Shown: positions 24,469-37,409 of the stretch, piece after piece
Numbering within the stretch: position 1 is the stretch's first letter
Layout: the number at the start of each line of letters is the position of its first letter
DNA from: Chiloscyllium plagiosum
Lineage: Eukaryota
Length of the DNA: 64,000 nucleotides
Assembly (NCBI RefSeq): GCF_004010195.1
Contig: NC_057754.1
Span: 9,737,700 to 9,801,699 of the forward strand
Reading direction: 5' to 3'
Program-made: the position numbers and the translations under genes
Notes under the pieces: generated by a model
What the model saw: only the letters and a program-made list of their open reading frames with translations
Database searches by the model: none
Told to the model about the DNA's origin: nothing

Positions 24469-25497
24469 TGTATTATTCCCAAACTTGCAAATGATACAAA
24501 GCTGAGCAGTAATGCGTGTTACAAGGTTAACGCAAAACATTTTCAGGGAGGTTTGGACATGCAGAGTGGTTGGGTAGGGACATGGCAAACAGAATATAAT
24601 ATGGGAAAATAAGAGGTCGTCCACTTTGGTAGGAAGAACAGAAGTGCCAAGTATTTCTTAAACTGAGAGAAGTTAAGAATGTGCGTAAAGAGACTCGGGC
24701 AGTCCGTGTCAATAAGTCACTGAGGGCTAACCTGCAGGTGCAGCATGTTATTCCGAAGGCTGATGGAATGTTAGGAGTACCATGTGCAGTCTTGGTTGCC
24801 TTATCTCAAGATAAATATTATTGCCATGGAGCGAACGCAATAAAAGATTCGCTGAACTTGTTCTGCCAACGACAGGACTGTCCTACGGAGAAAGATTGGG
24901 CAAACTCCGCTTGGATTCCCTAGAGCTTTGAAGAACGGGAGCTCTCTACCATTTTTAACTCGAGAATTATTTACTGATTACAGCCAAACCTTTCAGGAGT
25001 GAATGTTTGGTCCATGTTCCCTAGTGCTAGATCCACCAAGCAAAGAAAACCATTTCCAATCTACCTTACTGTTCCAATGATATCTCAAAAACATTGATCA
25101 AACTTTGTCTTTAACTTCCAAAATCCTTTTATATGTTTGTGGGATATGGGTGTTGCTGGCTAGACCAGTATTTATTGTTCATTCTTAGTTACCCTTGAGG
25201 AGGTGCTGATGAGTTGCCTTTTGAGCCCTTGGGGTTAAATACACTCTCAGCACTATGAGAAAATGACAGGGAAGATAAAGCTTAAGTCAAATCCGAAACA
25301 GGAAGTGGTAGAAAGTCCTTACAGGTTGGCCAGCATTAGCTGACAGAGAAACAGGGTAAACGTTTTGAGTTGAACATGGCTTTATGAAGACCTAACCTTA
25401 CGGATGTAACAAGAATGTGGCTGAGGGAGAGTTTCGTCCTGTGGAATAAGGGTAGAACGCTGAACGAGCTGAGTGTAGAAAGGTAATACTGAAGCAG

Positions 25498-27518
25498 GAA
25501 GAACAAAGAATAATACAGCACAGGAACAGACCCTTCCGCCCTTCAAACCTGCTGCAACACATTCTGCCCTTCCATACTAAAACTGGCTTCACTTAGAGGA
25601 CCCGTATCCCTCTATTCCCTTCCTATTTATGTATTTGTCCAGGTGAATGATGCTATTATGTCTGCTTCCACCACCTTCTCTGGCAGTGCGATCCAGGCAC
25701 TCACCACACTTTGTGTGAAAAATCTGCCTCACACATCTCTTTTAAACTGCACCCCTGCACCTTGAACTACTAGCATGGCTAGTAATTGACCCCTCCATCC
25801 TGGGAAAAAGCCTCATACTTTTCATGCTATCCATGCCATTCACAAACTTATAAACTTTTATTATGTCGTCCCTCAACCTCTTGCGTTCCAGTGAAAATAA
25901 ACCCAGTCTATCTAACCTTTCTTCATAGCTAAAATCTCCCATACCAGGCAACATCCTGGTAAGTATTTTCTGTGCCCTCTCCAAAACATCCATATTTTTC
26001 TGGCAGAGTGTTGACCAGAATTGTACACAATATTCCAAGTGTGGCCTAACCAAAGTTCTATAAAGCTGAAGCATAACTTGTCTATTCTTATACTCAATGT
26101 TCCTTCCAATGAAGGCAAACATGTCATAGGTCTTTTGTACTACCTTATCTACCTGTGCTATCACCTTCAGTGATCTGTAGACCTGCATACTCCGATCTCC
26201 CTGCCTAACAATATTCCGAAGGGTTCTGACATTCGCTGTATAATTTCCACCTGTACTTCACCTTCCAAAACGCATCACCTCACATTTGTCCGGATTAAAC
26301 TCCACCTGCCATTTTCCTGCCTATCCCTTCAATGGATCTCTATCCTGCTGTATCCTCTAACAATCTTCTTCACTATCTGCAACTCCACTAATCTTTGTAC
26401 CATCCACAAACTTGCAAATTAGACCAGCCACGTTCTCCTCCAAATCATTTGTGTAGATCATGAACAGCAGAGGTCCCAGCACTGACCCCTGTGGAACACC
26501 ACTCTCCACCTTCTGTCTCCCATGACTAAGCCAGTTCTGTATTCATCTTGTCAGCTCACCCCTGCTACCATGTGACTTCACCTTTTGTACCAGTCTGCCA
26601 TGGGGGACCCTGTCAAAAGCTTTACTGAAGTCCATGTAGACATCAACCACTTTTCCCTCAATTATCTTTGTCACCTCCTCAAAAAACTTGATCAAGATGG
26701 TGAGACATAACCTTCCCCACACAAAATCATGCTGTCTATCGCTTATAAGTCTATTTACTTCAAAATGCCTATCGATCTTGTCCCTGAGAATCTTTTCCAA
26801 TAATTTCCTGACCACCAACATGAGACTCACAAGCCTGTAATTTCCTGGATTATTCCTGCTACCCTTCTTGAACAATGGGACAACATTGGCCACAGCTCCC
26901 TGAGGACTCAGAATAGCCAAAGAGGATACAAAGGTGTCTGTCATTGCTTCAGCAATTTGTTTTCTTGCTTCCCTCAATATTCCAGCATAGATCCCCTCAG
27001 GATCCAGGGACTTACCTACTTTAATATTTATTAAAATGCACAACACCTGTTCCTTTTTTAATAGGAACTTGGCTTAGAAATTCGACACTTCCTTCCACAA
27101 GATGATCCTCTACCAATTCCTTCTTTTTGGTGAATTTTAATTTTGGACCATACCTACCTTTTCAGGCCCAAAAATAGATTGCCTCCTTTTGGCCTTCAGT
27201 GGGCCAACTCTTCCCCTGGCTACTCTCTTGCTCTTTGCATGTGTATAAAAAGTCTTCGGATTCTCCTTAATCCAGTTTGCTAATGATTTTTCATGACCCC
27301 TTTTTGCTCTTCTCATTCCTTGTTTAAGTTATTTCCTACTTTCCTTATGAACATCAAGTGCTTAATCAGTTCCCATCCTCCTCAGCCTTACGTGTGCTTC
27401 CTTTTCCTTTTTGACCAAGGTCATAACATTCCTGATCATCCAAGATTCATGTAACTTGCCGTAGCCATCCGTCATTCTCACAGGAGCATGCCGCTCCTGA
27501 ACTCTGTCTCACTGTCGT
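25498..27518 (-). mobile_element. CR1 LINE (RT to 3' end)
   Basis: ANVVPLFKKGSRNNPGNYR...DFSKAFDRVPH; RPHLEYCVQFWS. Confidence 0.92.
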
Positions 27519-29198
27519 TTGAAAGACAGGAGTAATATCCCAACAACTAAGGAGAGGCAAGGAGCAGAGTTGAGTATGGTAGCCATTACAAAAGAGAAAG
27601 TGCTAGAAAAGCTAAAAGTTCGAAAAATTGATAGATCCCCTGGCCTCGAAGGACTATATCCTAGAGTTCTAAGGGAAGTGGCTGAGGAAATAGGGGAGGC
27701 ATTGGTTGTGAATTTTCAAAAATCACTGGAATCAGGGAAAGTCCCAGATGATTGGAAAATCACGGTTGTAATCCCTTTGTTCAAGAAAGGATCAAGACTA
27801 AAGATGGAAAATTATAGGCTGATAAGCCTAACCTTGATTATTGGTAAAATTCTAGATTCCATCGTTAAGGATGAGATTTCCAAATTCTTGGAAGTGCAGG
27901 GTCGGATCAGAACAAGTCAGCATGGATTTAGTAAAGGGAGGTCGCGCCTGACAAACCTGTTAGAATTCTTTGAAAAGGTAACAAGTAGGTTAGACCAGGG
28001 AAACTCAGTTATCTATCCAGACTTCCAAAAGGTCTTTGATAAGGTACCTCACGGGAGGCTGCTGAGTAAGGTGAGGGCCCATGGTGTTCGAGGTGAGCTA
28101 CTGGCATGGATTGAGGACTGGCTGTCTGACAGAAGGCAGAGAGTTGGGATAAAAGGTTATTTTTTGGAATGGCAGCTAGTGACAAGTGGTGTCCCGCAGG
28201 GTTCAGTGTTGGGCCGCAGCTGTTCACTTTGTATTTTAATGATCTAGATGAAGGGACTGCGGGCATTCTGGCAAAGTTTGCCAATGATACAAAGTTAGGT
28301 GGTCAAGAGGTAGTATTGAGGAGCTGGGAAGGTTGCAGAAAGATTTAGTCAGTTTAGGAAAGTAGTCCAGGAAATGGCTGATGAAATTCTACATGAGCAA
28401 ATGAGAGATCTTGCACTTTGAAAAAAAAGGATACAGGCATGGACTATTTTTTAAACGGTGAGAAAATTAATAAAGCCAAAGTACAAAGGGATCTGGGAAT
28501 GCTAGTCCAGGATTCTCTAAAGGTTAACTTGCAGATTGAGTCAGTGATTAAGAAAGCAAATGTAATGTTGTCATTTATCTCAAGAGGGTTAGAATATAAA
28601 AGCAGCAATGTGCTTCTGAGACTTTATAAACCTCGAGTTAGGCCCCATTTAGAATACTGTGTCCAGTTTTTGGGCCCCACACTTCAGGAAGGACATACCG
28701 GCACTGGAGGATGTCCAGCAGAGATTCACACGGATGATCCCTGGAATGGTAGGCCTAACATACGACGAAGAGCTGAGGATCCTGGGATTGTTTTCATTAG
28801 CGTTTAGAAGGTGGAGGGGAGATCTAATAGAAACTTATAAGATAATGAATGGCTTAGAAAGGGTGGACGCTGGAAAGTTGTTTCCATTAGACGGGGAGAC
28901 TAGGACCCATGGGCACTGCCTTAGAATTAGAGGGGGTCAATTTAGAACAGAAATGATGAGACATTTCTTCAGCTAGAGAGTGGTGGGCCTGTGGAATTCA
29001 TTGCCATGAAGCGCAGTGGAGGCTGGGACGTTAATGTCTTCAAGACAGTGATTGATAAATTCTTGATCTCACAAGGAATTAAGGGCTATGGGGAGAGTGC
29101 GGGTAAGTGGAGTTGAAATGCCTATCAGCCATGATTAAATGGCGGAGTGGACTTGATGGGCCGAATGGCCTTACTTCCATTCCTATGTCTTATGGTTT
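27519..29198 (+). mobile_element. CR1 LINE (different subfamily), head-to-head with the preceding copy
   Basis: 242-aa remnant with QHGFSKGRS, DFQKVFDKVPH, SGVPQGSVLG; tail aatggccttacttccattcctatgtcttatgg. Confidence 0.92.
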
Positions 29199-30329
29199 TA
29201 TGGAAATACTCCCACATGTCTGATGTGGATTTACCCTCAAACAGTTGCCTCCAATAAAAATTCTCCAGTTCCTTCTTAATATTGTTGTAGTTCGCCTTTC
29301 CCCAATTTAACACCTTCCCATGAGGACTGCTGTTATCCCAATATGTGTGTATATTAAACTCACTGTATTATAGTTACGACTCCTGAAATCCTTCCCCACT
29401 GAAACTTCACTCATCTGGCTGGGCTCATTTCCCATAATCAGGTCAAGTGTAAACACAATGAGATGGTGCATTTTGGAAAAAGGAATAGAGAAAATAAATA
29501 TATACTTAATGGTACAGTTCGAATGTGTGTGCAGGGTCAGAAGGATCTGGGTGTTGATGTGCACAGATCTGTGATTGTGACAGGACATGCTGACAGAGCA
29601 TTTAGCAAAATATATAGGAACTTGGACTTCATAAAGGGAGTTATCGTGCATGCAAAAACAAACAGAAAATGCTCAAGTTTTTTTGCAAATCTCTAGCTGT
29701 TGGGTTTATGGCAGAACAACCATCCATTTCTGATCTTCACACCTTGTAAAGAGTCCTTGAAAGGAAACAGGGAATTTTGGCTCCAAGTTTGAAAAGCTAC
29801 GATTGTTGTCCATAAATCAAAGGAATTGAGGGGAGTTTCAATAGCCATGTACAAAATTTTGATCAATTTAGAAAAGGTAGTCAAGGCAAAAGTTATTTCT
29901 ATTAGGTTATGCTGCAAAGAGCAGGGGCACACGTGTACAGTTTTGGACAAGTAGGAAGGATGGGCAAGGACTTTGTTTATGCTGCCAGTGGTGATACACA
30001 AACTGAAGGTGGGGTGGGGGGTGGTTTGGAGATGATCAATTATCTCAAATTAGCCAAGAAAGGCACTTGATAGGGATAAACTTAGAGGGCTAGTAATGTT
30101 CCACAGAGACACTTTGGACTTTATGGGTTGACTGGCCTTAGTCTGCACTTCATCACCTCTCCTCATTATTTTCACTATTATTTAACCTCTGCTCATAATT
30201 TAACCCTTAGAGTTCAGGAATTATCCAGGTAAGTATGCATTATCCTCGAAGGACCAATACATTCTAGTTTTCTTCAAGTGTCATACCTGAAAGTGAGGAT
30301 ACACTTCACTTGTGGTGCAACTAAGATTT

Positions 30330-30508
30330 GGAGTTTAACTTCTTTACATTGATACTTGAAATATGTACCCACAAAAAGAACAAACCTTTGTCCTTCCGTT
30401 GTCAAAGACCAACAATATTCAGGTACTGGTGAATCAAAAGATTCATTCAAATCTTTCTGTGATGCTTGGGGTGGATTTCCTGTTTGCAAAGCCTTCATAT
30501 TTAATATT
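30330..30508 (-). pseudogene. ZNF main-exon 5' module without finger array
   Basis: Acceptor tccttttgcag|A (30509-30510); frame ILNMKALQTGNPPQASQKDLNESFDSPVPEYCWSLTTEGQRFV is homologous to gene A and the 16268 module. Confidence 0.65.
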
Positions 30509-30605
30509 CTGCAAAAGGAAAGTAGGGAAAAAAGCACAAGTCAATGACAGAAATTCAGAACAGGTAAACAGCTCACGTGACTCGAATTTACTCCTTCCAT
30601 ACTCA

Positions 30606-31670
30606 CCACATAGAATCATAAAATCTCTACAGTGTGGGTACAGGCCATTAGGCCTAACAAGTCCACACCGACTCTCCAAAAAGCATCCCATTCAGACTCT
30701 CAGCCCTCTCACCCCCCCCCCAACCACCACCAAATCACTCTAACCCTGCATTTCCCATGGCTAATCCACCCAATTTACACATCCCTGGGCACTATGGGCA
30801 ATTTAGCATAGCCAATCCACCTAACCTGCACCCAAACTTTTGGATTGTGGGAGGAAACCCACACAGGCACAGGGAGAACGTACAAACTCCACACTACAGA
30901 TGACCCCACTACACTATATGCTTTCACACAAACACACATTTTCACACAGACCCTCTCTCATACATGTGCTCCCCCTCTGAGACACAATCCCCACACTCAC
31001 ACCCAAGCATGTGCTTATAGTCTGTCACACACATGCAAATATACACTGGCTCTCTCTCTCACACACACACACACACACCCTCTCTCTCTCCCTCTCATGC
31101 ATGGACACAGACATATAAGTCTTTGGAGTAAATTTGCAATTGCAGAATTATGATTGCAGATTCATTCAAAAAGCACATAATCTGTATGCAGTCAATCCAT
31201 GTTACATTTTATAAATTCCTACTTTGGCAATAGAACCAGTCTGACTCAAGATTGGGATATAGACAGACTCTAACCTCACACCTTTAATGTACTGTCTGAG
31301 CTGAGATATCACTTTTATTTATAAAACCTTGTTATCTTAACAATGTGATTTGAAAAAAGTTCTGGGATTTACAAACTAATAAACCAAAACCTGCAACCCA
31401 TGATAGACAACAGCAATCTAGGTTTGTTCAATATATTGTATCAGTTGCATGACACTTTGATCTTTCACTATAAATTCTGTCTCATGATCCTGCTCCACTA
31501 TCTACCTGATGAAGGAACAGCGCTCTGAAAGCTAGCACTTCCAAGTACACCTGTTAGACTATAACCTGGAGTGGAGTGATTTTTAACAAACTACACACAG
31601 TCACCCGAGGCTGGAATTGAACCCATGCCCCTGGCGCTGTGAGGCAGGAACGCTAACAACTGAGTCACCT
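30606..31670 (-). mobile_element. HE1-like SINE split by a PLE family B 3' segment (30895-31585, plus)
   Basis: SINE halves flank the insert with TSD acaaact(c/a)cacac (30882-30894 / 31586-31598); the insert has a CA-rich tract and ctgatgaaggaacagcgctctgaaagctag. Confidence 0.85.
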
Positions 31671-31679
31671 CACAAAAAT

Positions 31680-32210
31680 GGCAGGCTACGCATGCGCCCT
31701 ACTCCATTTTTGCCCCCTATTAAAATGGAGGCCGTACATACGTCCCACTGAATATTACCCCCAATAAAAATGGCGACGGTTAATTTGGGCCGATTTGAGC
31801 GCAGAAGGACAGCAATCACTGCCCCAGCTTAGTGCAAACGAGTGATGGAAGCGTTTCCTTGCAGTCTTTATCACAAATCTCAGTCTTGCAGGATCACAAT
31901 TTCCCTCCTTCACTTAACAACAGTTTAGCCTTTCTCGTTGTCTTCCATCTTCAACACGCAATATCCCTCTTACAGGCTCAACAAATCTACGCCTGCGCGG
32001 AAGCTCCAGGCGGGTGGTCATGCGCGAACCAACAAACCCCACCCACACTTCATTCCTATTGGTGATAAACCGTCGCACTTCCCTACCTTCTATTGGTTCA
32101 TGCTGTCGTCGATCATCCGGGCCCGCCCCTTTCTGACCTGGGGCGGGCGCAGACAATGGTGAGCGTGAAACAAGCGCGACGTCAGCGAATCAAACCCACA
32201 GCGTGACTGC
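31680..32210 (-). promoter_or_regulatory. CpG-rich promoter paralogous to 16375-16775
   Basis: acgcatgcgc (NRF1-like), aaaatggcga (YY1, 31767-31776), cgcctgcgcgga, two ATTGG boxes, GC boxes and gacgtca, with the shared motifs in the same order as the 16.4-kb promoter. Confidence 0.7.
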
Positions 32211-32752
32211 CGAACCTTTCTGAAGGAGAGTCACTGGACTGGAAATTTACTTTGCTTTCTCTCCACAGATGTTACCAGATGCAAAGTATTCATCTCTCTC
32301 AATGCATATTATGTCCCTCATTTGTTCTTGAGTGGAGCTACCCTCTTGCCCTTTCCTGCCTGTAAAATGCCTTGGGATTCTCCTTAATCCTTTTTACCAA
32401 GGACATTTCATGACCCCCATTTTAACCTTCCTAATTTCTTGCTTAAGTTCTTTTCTGCTTCTTTGAAACTTCTCAAGGATCTTGTCTGATTTGACTCTTA
32501 TGATTTCAGTTTCCTAAACGTTATGCATGTCTTCCTTTCTTTTCTCATCTCTTGTCATCCAGAGTTCACCAAATTTGCTATCCTTATCTTTTGTCCTCAC
32601 AGGAATGTGCTGGTCCTGAACTCTAATCTTCAGTTTCCCCCTAACACTTTTGTAATTAAGCCTTAAAGCTTACAGAATTATTATAATTGTTCCCAAAATG
32701 CTCCCCCATTGAAACTTTGTCGACCTGTTCAGGATCATCCCCCAGTACAAGG

Positions 32753-34648
32753 TGTAAGAAATGGGGAAGTGTGTTGTTTTTGCAGAAATAGAAAAGCAAG
32801 GGAGTGTATGTGCAGACAAGGAGTACAAGAAAAATATCAGCTAGGCAAGCATTAGGGAAATGTATCTATCTTTAATGAATAATTGTGGATAATTAAATAC
32901 TAACTTTAGTGCAGAATTATTAAAGCAAATAATTCTTTTAAATAATAGTCTCAGCAAAATAGCTGAGACAGCTGAAACGCATAAACCAAGCATGAAAAGA
33001 TACATTGTTAAAACGTATGTTCAAGAATGGAATGTACTTATGAACAATGGAAGATGTTACAAGCAAAGTAAAAGAACATCAAGATACAAGTTTAGCCTTA
33101 TGTCAGCACTTAGAGGGAAAGGTTGCCAACTTGGAGAAAAGCGGGCAATAAGGGCGGAGCGCAGCTGGGTAGTGGTAGAATACAATAAGAAAGATTGGGT
33201 AATGTAAGAGATGAAAATGTCATGCTGGAAAAGCGCAGCAGGTCAGGCAGCATCTAAGGAGCAGGAGAATCGACGTTTCGGGCATGAGCACTTCAGGAAT
33301 GAGGAAAGTGTCTCCGCCCCCATGCCCATCTCCGTCACCACGCCTAACCCCGCCCATATGCCGATCTCCGTTCCCGCCCCCATGCCCAACCCTGCCCCCA
33401 CTCCCAGCTCCAGCCCCACACCAGGTCCTAGCTCCCAGCCCTGCCGTGTTTTCACCATCCCTCCAGAACTACCCCTCTCTGAAGATGAAAGATCAGTCCT
33501 CAGCAGAGGCCTCACCTTCATTCCCCTACGCTCNNNNNNNNNNNNNNNNNNNNNNNNNNNNNNNNNNNNNNNNNNNNNNNNNNNNNNNNNNNNNNNNNNN
33601 NNNNNNNNNNNNNNNNNNNNNNNNNNNNNNNNNNNNNNNNNNNNNNNNNNNNNNNNNNNNNNNNNNNNNNNNNNNNNNNNNNNNNNNNNNNNNNNNNNNN
33701 NNNNNNNNNNNNNNNNNNNNNNNNNNNNNNNNNNNNNNNNNNNNNNNNNNNNNNNNNNNNNNNNNNNNNNNNNNNNNNNNNNNNNNNNNNNNNNNNNNNN
33801 NNNNNNNNNNNNNNNNNNNNNNNNNNNNNNNNNNNNNNNNNNNNNGTTTGGTGGTGGAAGGTGGGGTCATGGTCAAGGGGGCAGTAGGAGGTGGTGTCCG
33901 CGAGCTGGCGTTTAGCCTCAGCGGTTAAAGGTCGGTGCGCCAAACTACTACCGCGCCTCCCTTGTCTGCTGGTTTGATAATGAGGTTGGGGTTGGAACAG
34001 AGGGAGTGGAGGGCTGCACGTTCCGAGGATGAGAGGTTGGGGGTTCCGCAGCTACACTGGCACCACCCCCCACCTTTTCCTATATCGATGACTGTATCGG
34101 CGCTGCCTCGTGCTCCCACGAGGAGGTTGAACAGTTCATCCACTTTACCAACACCTTCCACCCCGACCTCAAATTCACCTGGACCGTCTCAGACTCCTCC
34201 CTCCCCTTCCTAGACCTTTCCATTTCTACCTCGGGCGACCGAATCAACACGGACATTTACTATAAACCGACCGACTCCCACAGCTACCTAGACTACACCT
34301 CCTCCCACCCTGCCCCCTGTAAAAACGACACTTTCCTCATTCCTGAAAAAGGGCTCATGCCCGAAACGTCGATTCTCCTGCTCCTTAGATGCTACCTGAC
34401 CTGCTGCACTTTTTCAGCAACACATTTTCAGCTCTGATCTCCAGCATCTGCAGTGCTCACTTTCTCCTAATGTAAGAGTTGGGAGAGGTGATCTCACGCA
34501 GCTCAAAAGTATAACTGTGTACTAGTTTGAATGTTCATTGCTCATTTGCTTCTGCATTTGATGCCCTTTCTTGCAAGATTGCAGAATAAATTGTCTTGTT
34601 TCCAGTTTTGGTGGTCTCATCTAAATTTTATTCAACTTGTTTCTAACA
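32753..34648 (+). mobile_element. ERV 5' LTR (~628 bp after removing the PLE insert)
   Basis: TGtaagaaa...tttctaaCA ends, GC box, ATTGG, AATAAA at 34585-34590; homologous to the solo LTR at 60599-61230; inserted into a minus-strand CR1 endonuclease fragment. Confidence 0.88.
33211..34467. mobile_element. Rearranged Penelope-like element (family A) with inverted termini and ORF pieces
   Basis: TSD taatgtaagag (33200-33210 / 34468-34478); SEDERSVLSRGLTFIP (plus), NLIIKPADKGGAVVVW (minus), YIDDCIG...LKFT...LPFLDL...YYKPTDSHSYL (plus from 34081); contains the N gap. Confidence 0.92.
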
Positions 34649-34652
34649 GAAT

Positions 34653-34670
34653 TGGGGGCTCGTCCAGGAT
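34653..34670 (+). other. Retroviral primer-binding site, tRNA-Pro
   Basis: tgggggctcgtccaggat is a 17/18 match to TGGGGGCTCGTCCGGGAT and lies 4 nt after the LTR end. Confidence 0.92.
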
Positions 34671-35841
34671 CCCAAGCTCCAGTCGCTCGGCATTTTTGGG
34701 AAAATGGAGAAGGTGCACCTCGCTGATTTCGGCGGTCTCTAGTTTCCCTCCTTGCCACGGCCGCTTGGGCGAGCGTGATCCGGACTGAGAGACCCTGGAA
34801 ACAAGACGGGCAGATGCAGTGGGTTCGGTCGGGTGACTCTTGTGTGCACAAGACCCGGGTAAGAAAGGTCTTAAAAGATTTATCCAGGTGACCGGGGTAG
34901 GCAGCGGTAGTTGCTGCCAGTCGGATATATCCGGGAACCGGGGTTCTGGGCAACCGGGTTAGGCGAATGGATATCCGGGTGACCGGCAGCGGTAGTTGCT
35001 GCCAGTTGGATATATCCGGCGAACCGGGGTTCTGGGCAACCAGGTTAGGCGAATCTGGTCAACCAGGGTAGGCAGCGTTAGTTACAGCTGCCAGTTGGAT
35101 ATATCCGGGGAATTGCTGCGGGACAGGGCGCGCTGACACGCGGCGGGAGGTTTGGTTGGGTAAGCGACCGGGATAGGCAACGGTAGTGGTTGCCAGGTAT
35201 TGCTGCGGGACAGGGCGCACAGATTTGACCAGTTAACTCTTGTGCACAGACCAAGGTATGAAAATGGACCTTTAAGTATTGCCTTGGTGGTTGGGCACGT
35301 ACGAGAAGTACGGGGAATTGGCAACACATAAATTAAAGTATTTAATTGGCTAGATTAATCTGATGAGTAAGGTACCTACCTGATTCGAACACCCAGCCTT
35401 AGACCGGTTGTTAAGAGGGGAAATCCCCCACGCGAAGGTCAGGACCCTGAAGTGGGTGTGGAAGAAGGTGACACCAGACCTCAGTAAGGTTAATTAAATT
35501 ACATAAAGAAACGGCCGAGTATTAGTTGTTTAAGTGTCAAAGGAGACATGAGAGGGGCGTCCGAGGACCACATCCCAACGGACAGTCCTTTAAGAAAAAT
35601 GTTAAGAGATTGATAGTACAATCATTGGACGTGAGGAAATGATAAAAAATGATAAAGTGTCAATTGAAAACAGCCTTACAGTCAGGAGGAATCAGATTAT
35701 GCTTCGTGTCAGAAGGGCTAGTAGCTGAAGGGCTACTGAGGGTACACTTTGTAACTAATTTATAGCCATACATCCAGAAAAATATACAAAAGCTATAGGA
35801 TTCGTTACGGGAAGCTCAAAGTGTCTGTGAGATACGTTGTC

Positions 35842-35872
<31 letters not shown>

Positions 35873-36545
35873 AAAAAAGCTGTACAGCTAACAGAAAGTT
35901 TAACCCTTTGTGATTCGGTTTGAATGCACATTTGTTTGTGGGGTGATTGAATGTTTGCGCTTTGTTCCCTGGAGCTTGAGATCCGGGACTGTTTTGAATC
36001 TGATTTCAATTATAGAAATTTTAACATGATTTCTTTTAAGGTTAAGGATTTTACAGATTATGAAATAAAATGTTAACTCCTGCTCTTTTTACAGGTCATG
36101 ACAGCCTTACTATCAGTTTCTAACTAATCTCTTTTATGCTTACATAAAAGCGATTTATGGAGGACAGTTGAATTTTAACTTGAATAGACAAATCCTTTTT
36201 AAGGCAGCTCTGGTTATTTCAGGACCTATAGCATTGTAATTGAGCAATGACTGGTCAGGACTACTTGGGAGGACTAGTTTTGGATTTGAATTGGGGGACT
36301 GGAACTGGGTGATTGTGGTGGATTTCAGAGTTGGGAACCGTGTGCATTTTGAATATTAAACACTGAATAAATGAATTTATAATATATAAATATATATTTA
36401 CAAGTAAGATTCCAAAATGTATAGTTAGGAACAGGCTTTAAAGAAAAGCAAGCATAAATTGATAAATTGTATTTGAGATTACAGGGAGCAAGAAATATTG
36501 CAATATTTCTTTTAAAAATAATCAAGGTCTAAACAAAGCCATGAG
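34671..36545 (+). mobile_element. ERV internal region: leader, decayed gag and possible pro/RT traces; no 3' LTR seen
   Basis: IPTDSPLRKMLRD*...KKMIK near 35570-35660 resembles the class I ERV matrix motif (IPxDSPLG.....W); LLGR at ~36260 is a weak protease trace. Confidence 0.6.
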
Positions 36546-37237
36546 GTGGCCCTAAAGGTGTTCAGTTGGTTAAACCCTCCCAAATTATTCTAACAAATTC
36601 TGTCCCACCTAAGCCTCTGGCACTAAGGGATTCCCAGTTAATATTGGGGATATTAAATCACATGCGACATCAACCCTGCTGTTCTTACATCTCTCCATGA
36701 CTTGCTTACATATCTGTTCCTCTTGAAAGACGTATAGTAGAATCTCGTCATAATGACTGCACCTTTCTTATTCCTAAGTTCTACCTATGTGGCTCCACTG
36801 GATGAGCTCTCCATGATGTCCTTTCTTACTGCAGTGTTGATATTTTCCTTAATCAGTAATTCAACTCCTCCATCCCTTTTAAATCTCTATCACACCTGAA
36901 ATATTTAAACCCTGGAACACTGAGCTGCCAAACCTGCCCTTCTCGCAATCAAATTTCTAGTAACAGCTACAACATCGTAGTTCCATGTACTAATTCAGAT
37001 TCTACAGCTCATTTACCTTATCTATTATGCTCCTTGAAATAAATACACTTTAAACGGCCCATTCCACCTTGTTCATTAACCTAGCCCTGCCTATACTTCC
37101 TATTGGAGTGACCCTGTTCTGTTTTATTTCAGAATTCCATCTCACTCCTGACTTGTGTTTTGTCGATGATGACAGATTCTGTGGAGTCAGGAGGTCGGTT
37201 ACTCACTGCAGTGTTAGTTACATTAGTTACAGTACAT

Positions 37238-37409
37238 GGTGAAAGTGAGGACTGCAGATGCTGGAGATTAGAGTCAAAATTATAGTGGTGCTGGAAAAGC
37301 ACAGCAGGTCAGGCAGCATCGGAGGAGCAGGAAAATTGACATTTCGGACAGGAGGCCTTCATCCGGAATCCTTAGGATTGCTTTTCTAGCATCAGTCTAA
37401 TCTTGACTG
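37238..37409. mobile_element. PLE family A short insertion (asymmetric hairpin)
   Basis: Flanked by tagttaca(g/a)tacatg direct repeats; family A terminal sequence. Confidence 0.75.

Noticed and set aside
27519..29198. Active autonomous LINE, or twin-priming inversion with the adjacent minus-strand CR1
   Set aside because: Multiple stops and frameshifts; the two copies overlap in RT coverage and have different 3' tails, so they are separate insertions.
33211..33943. Long ORFs containing X runs
   Set aside because: Artefacts of translating through the N gap; the flanks are PLE fragments.
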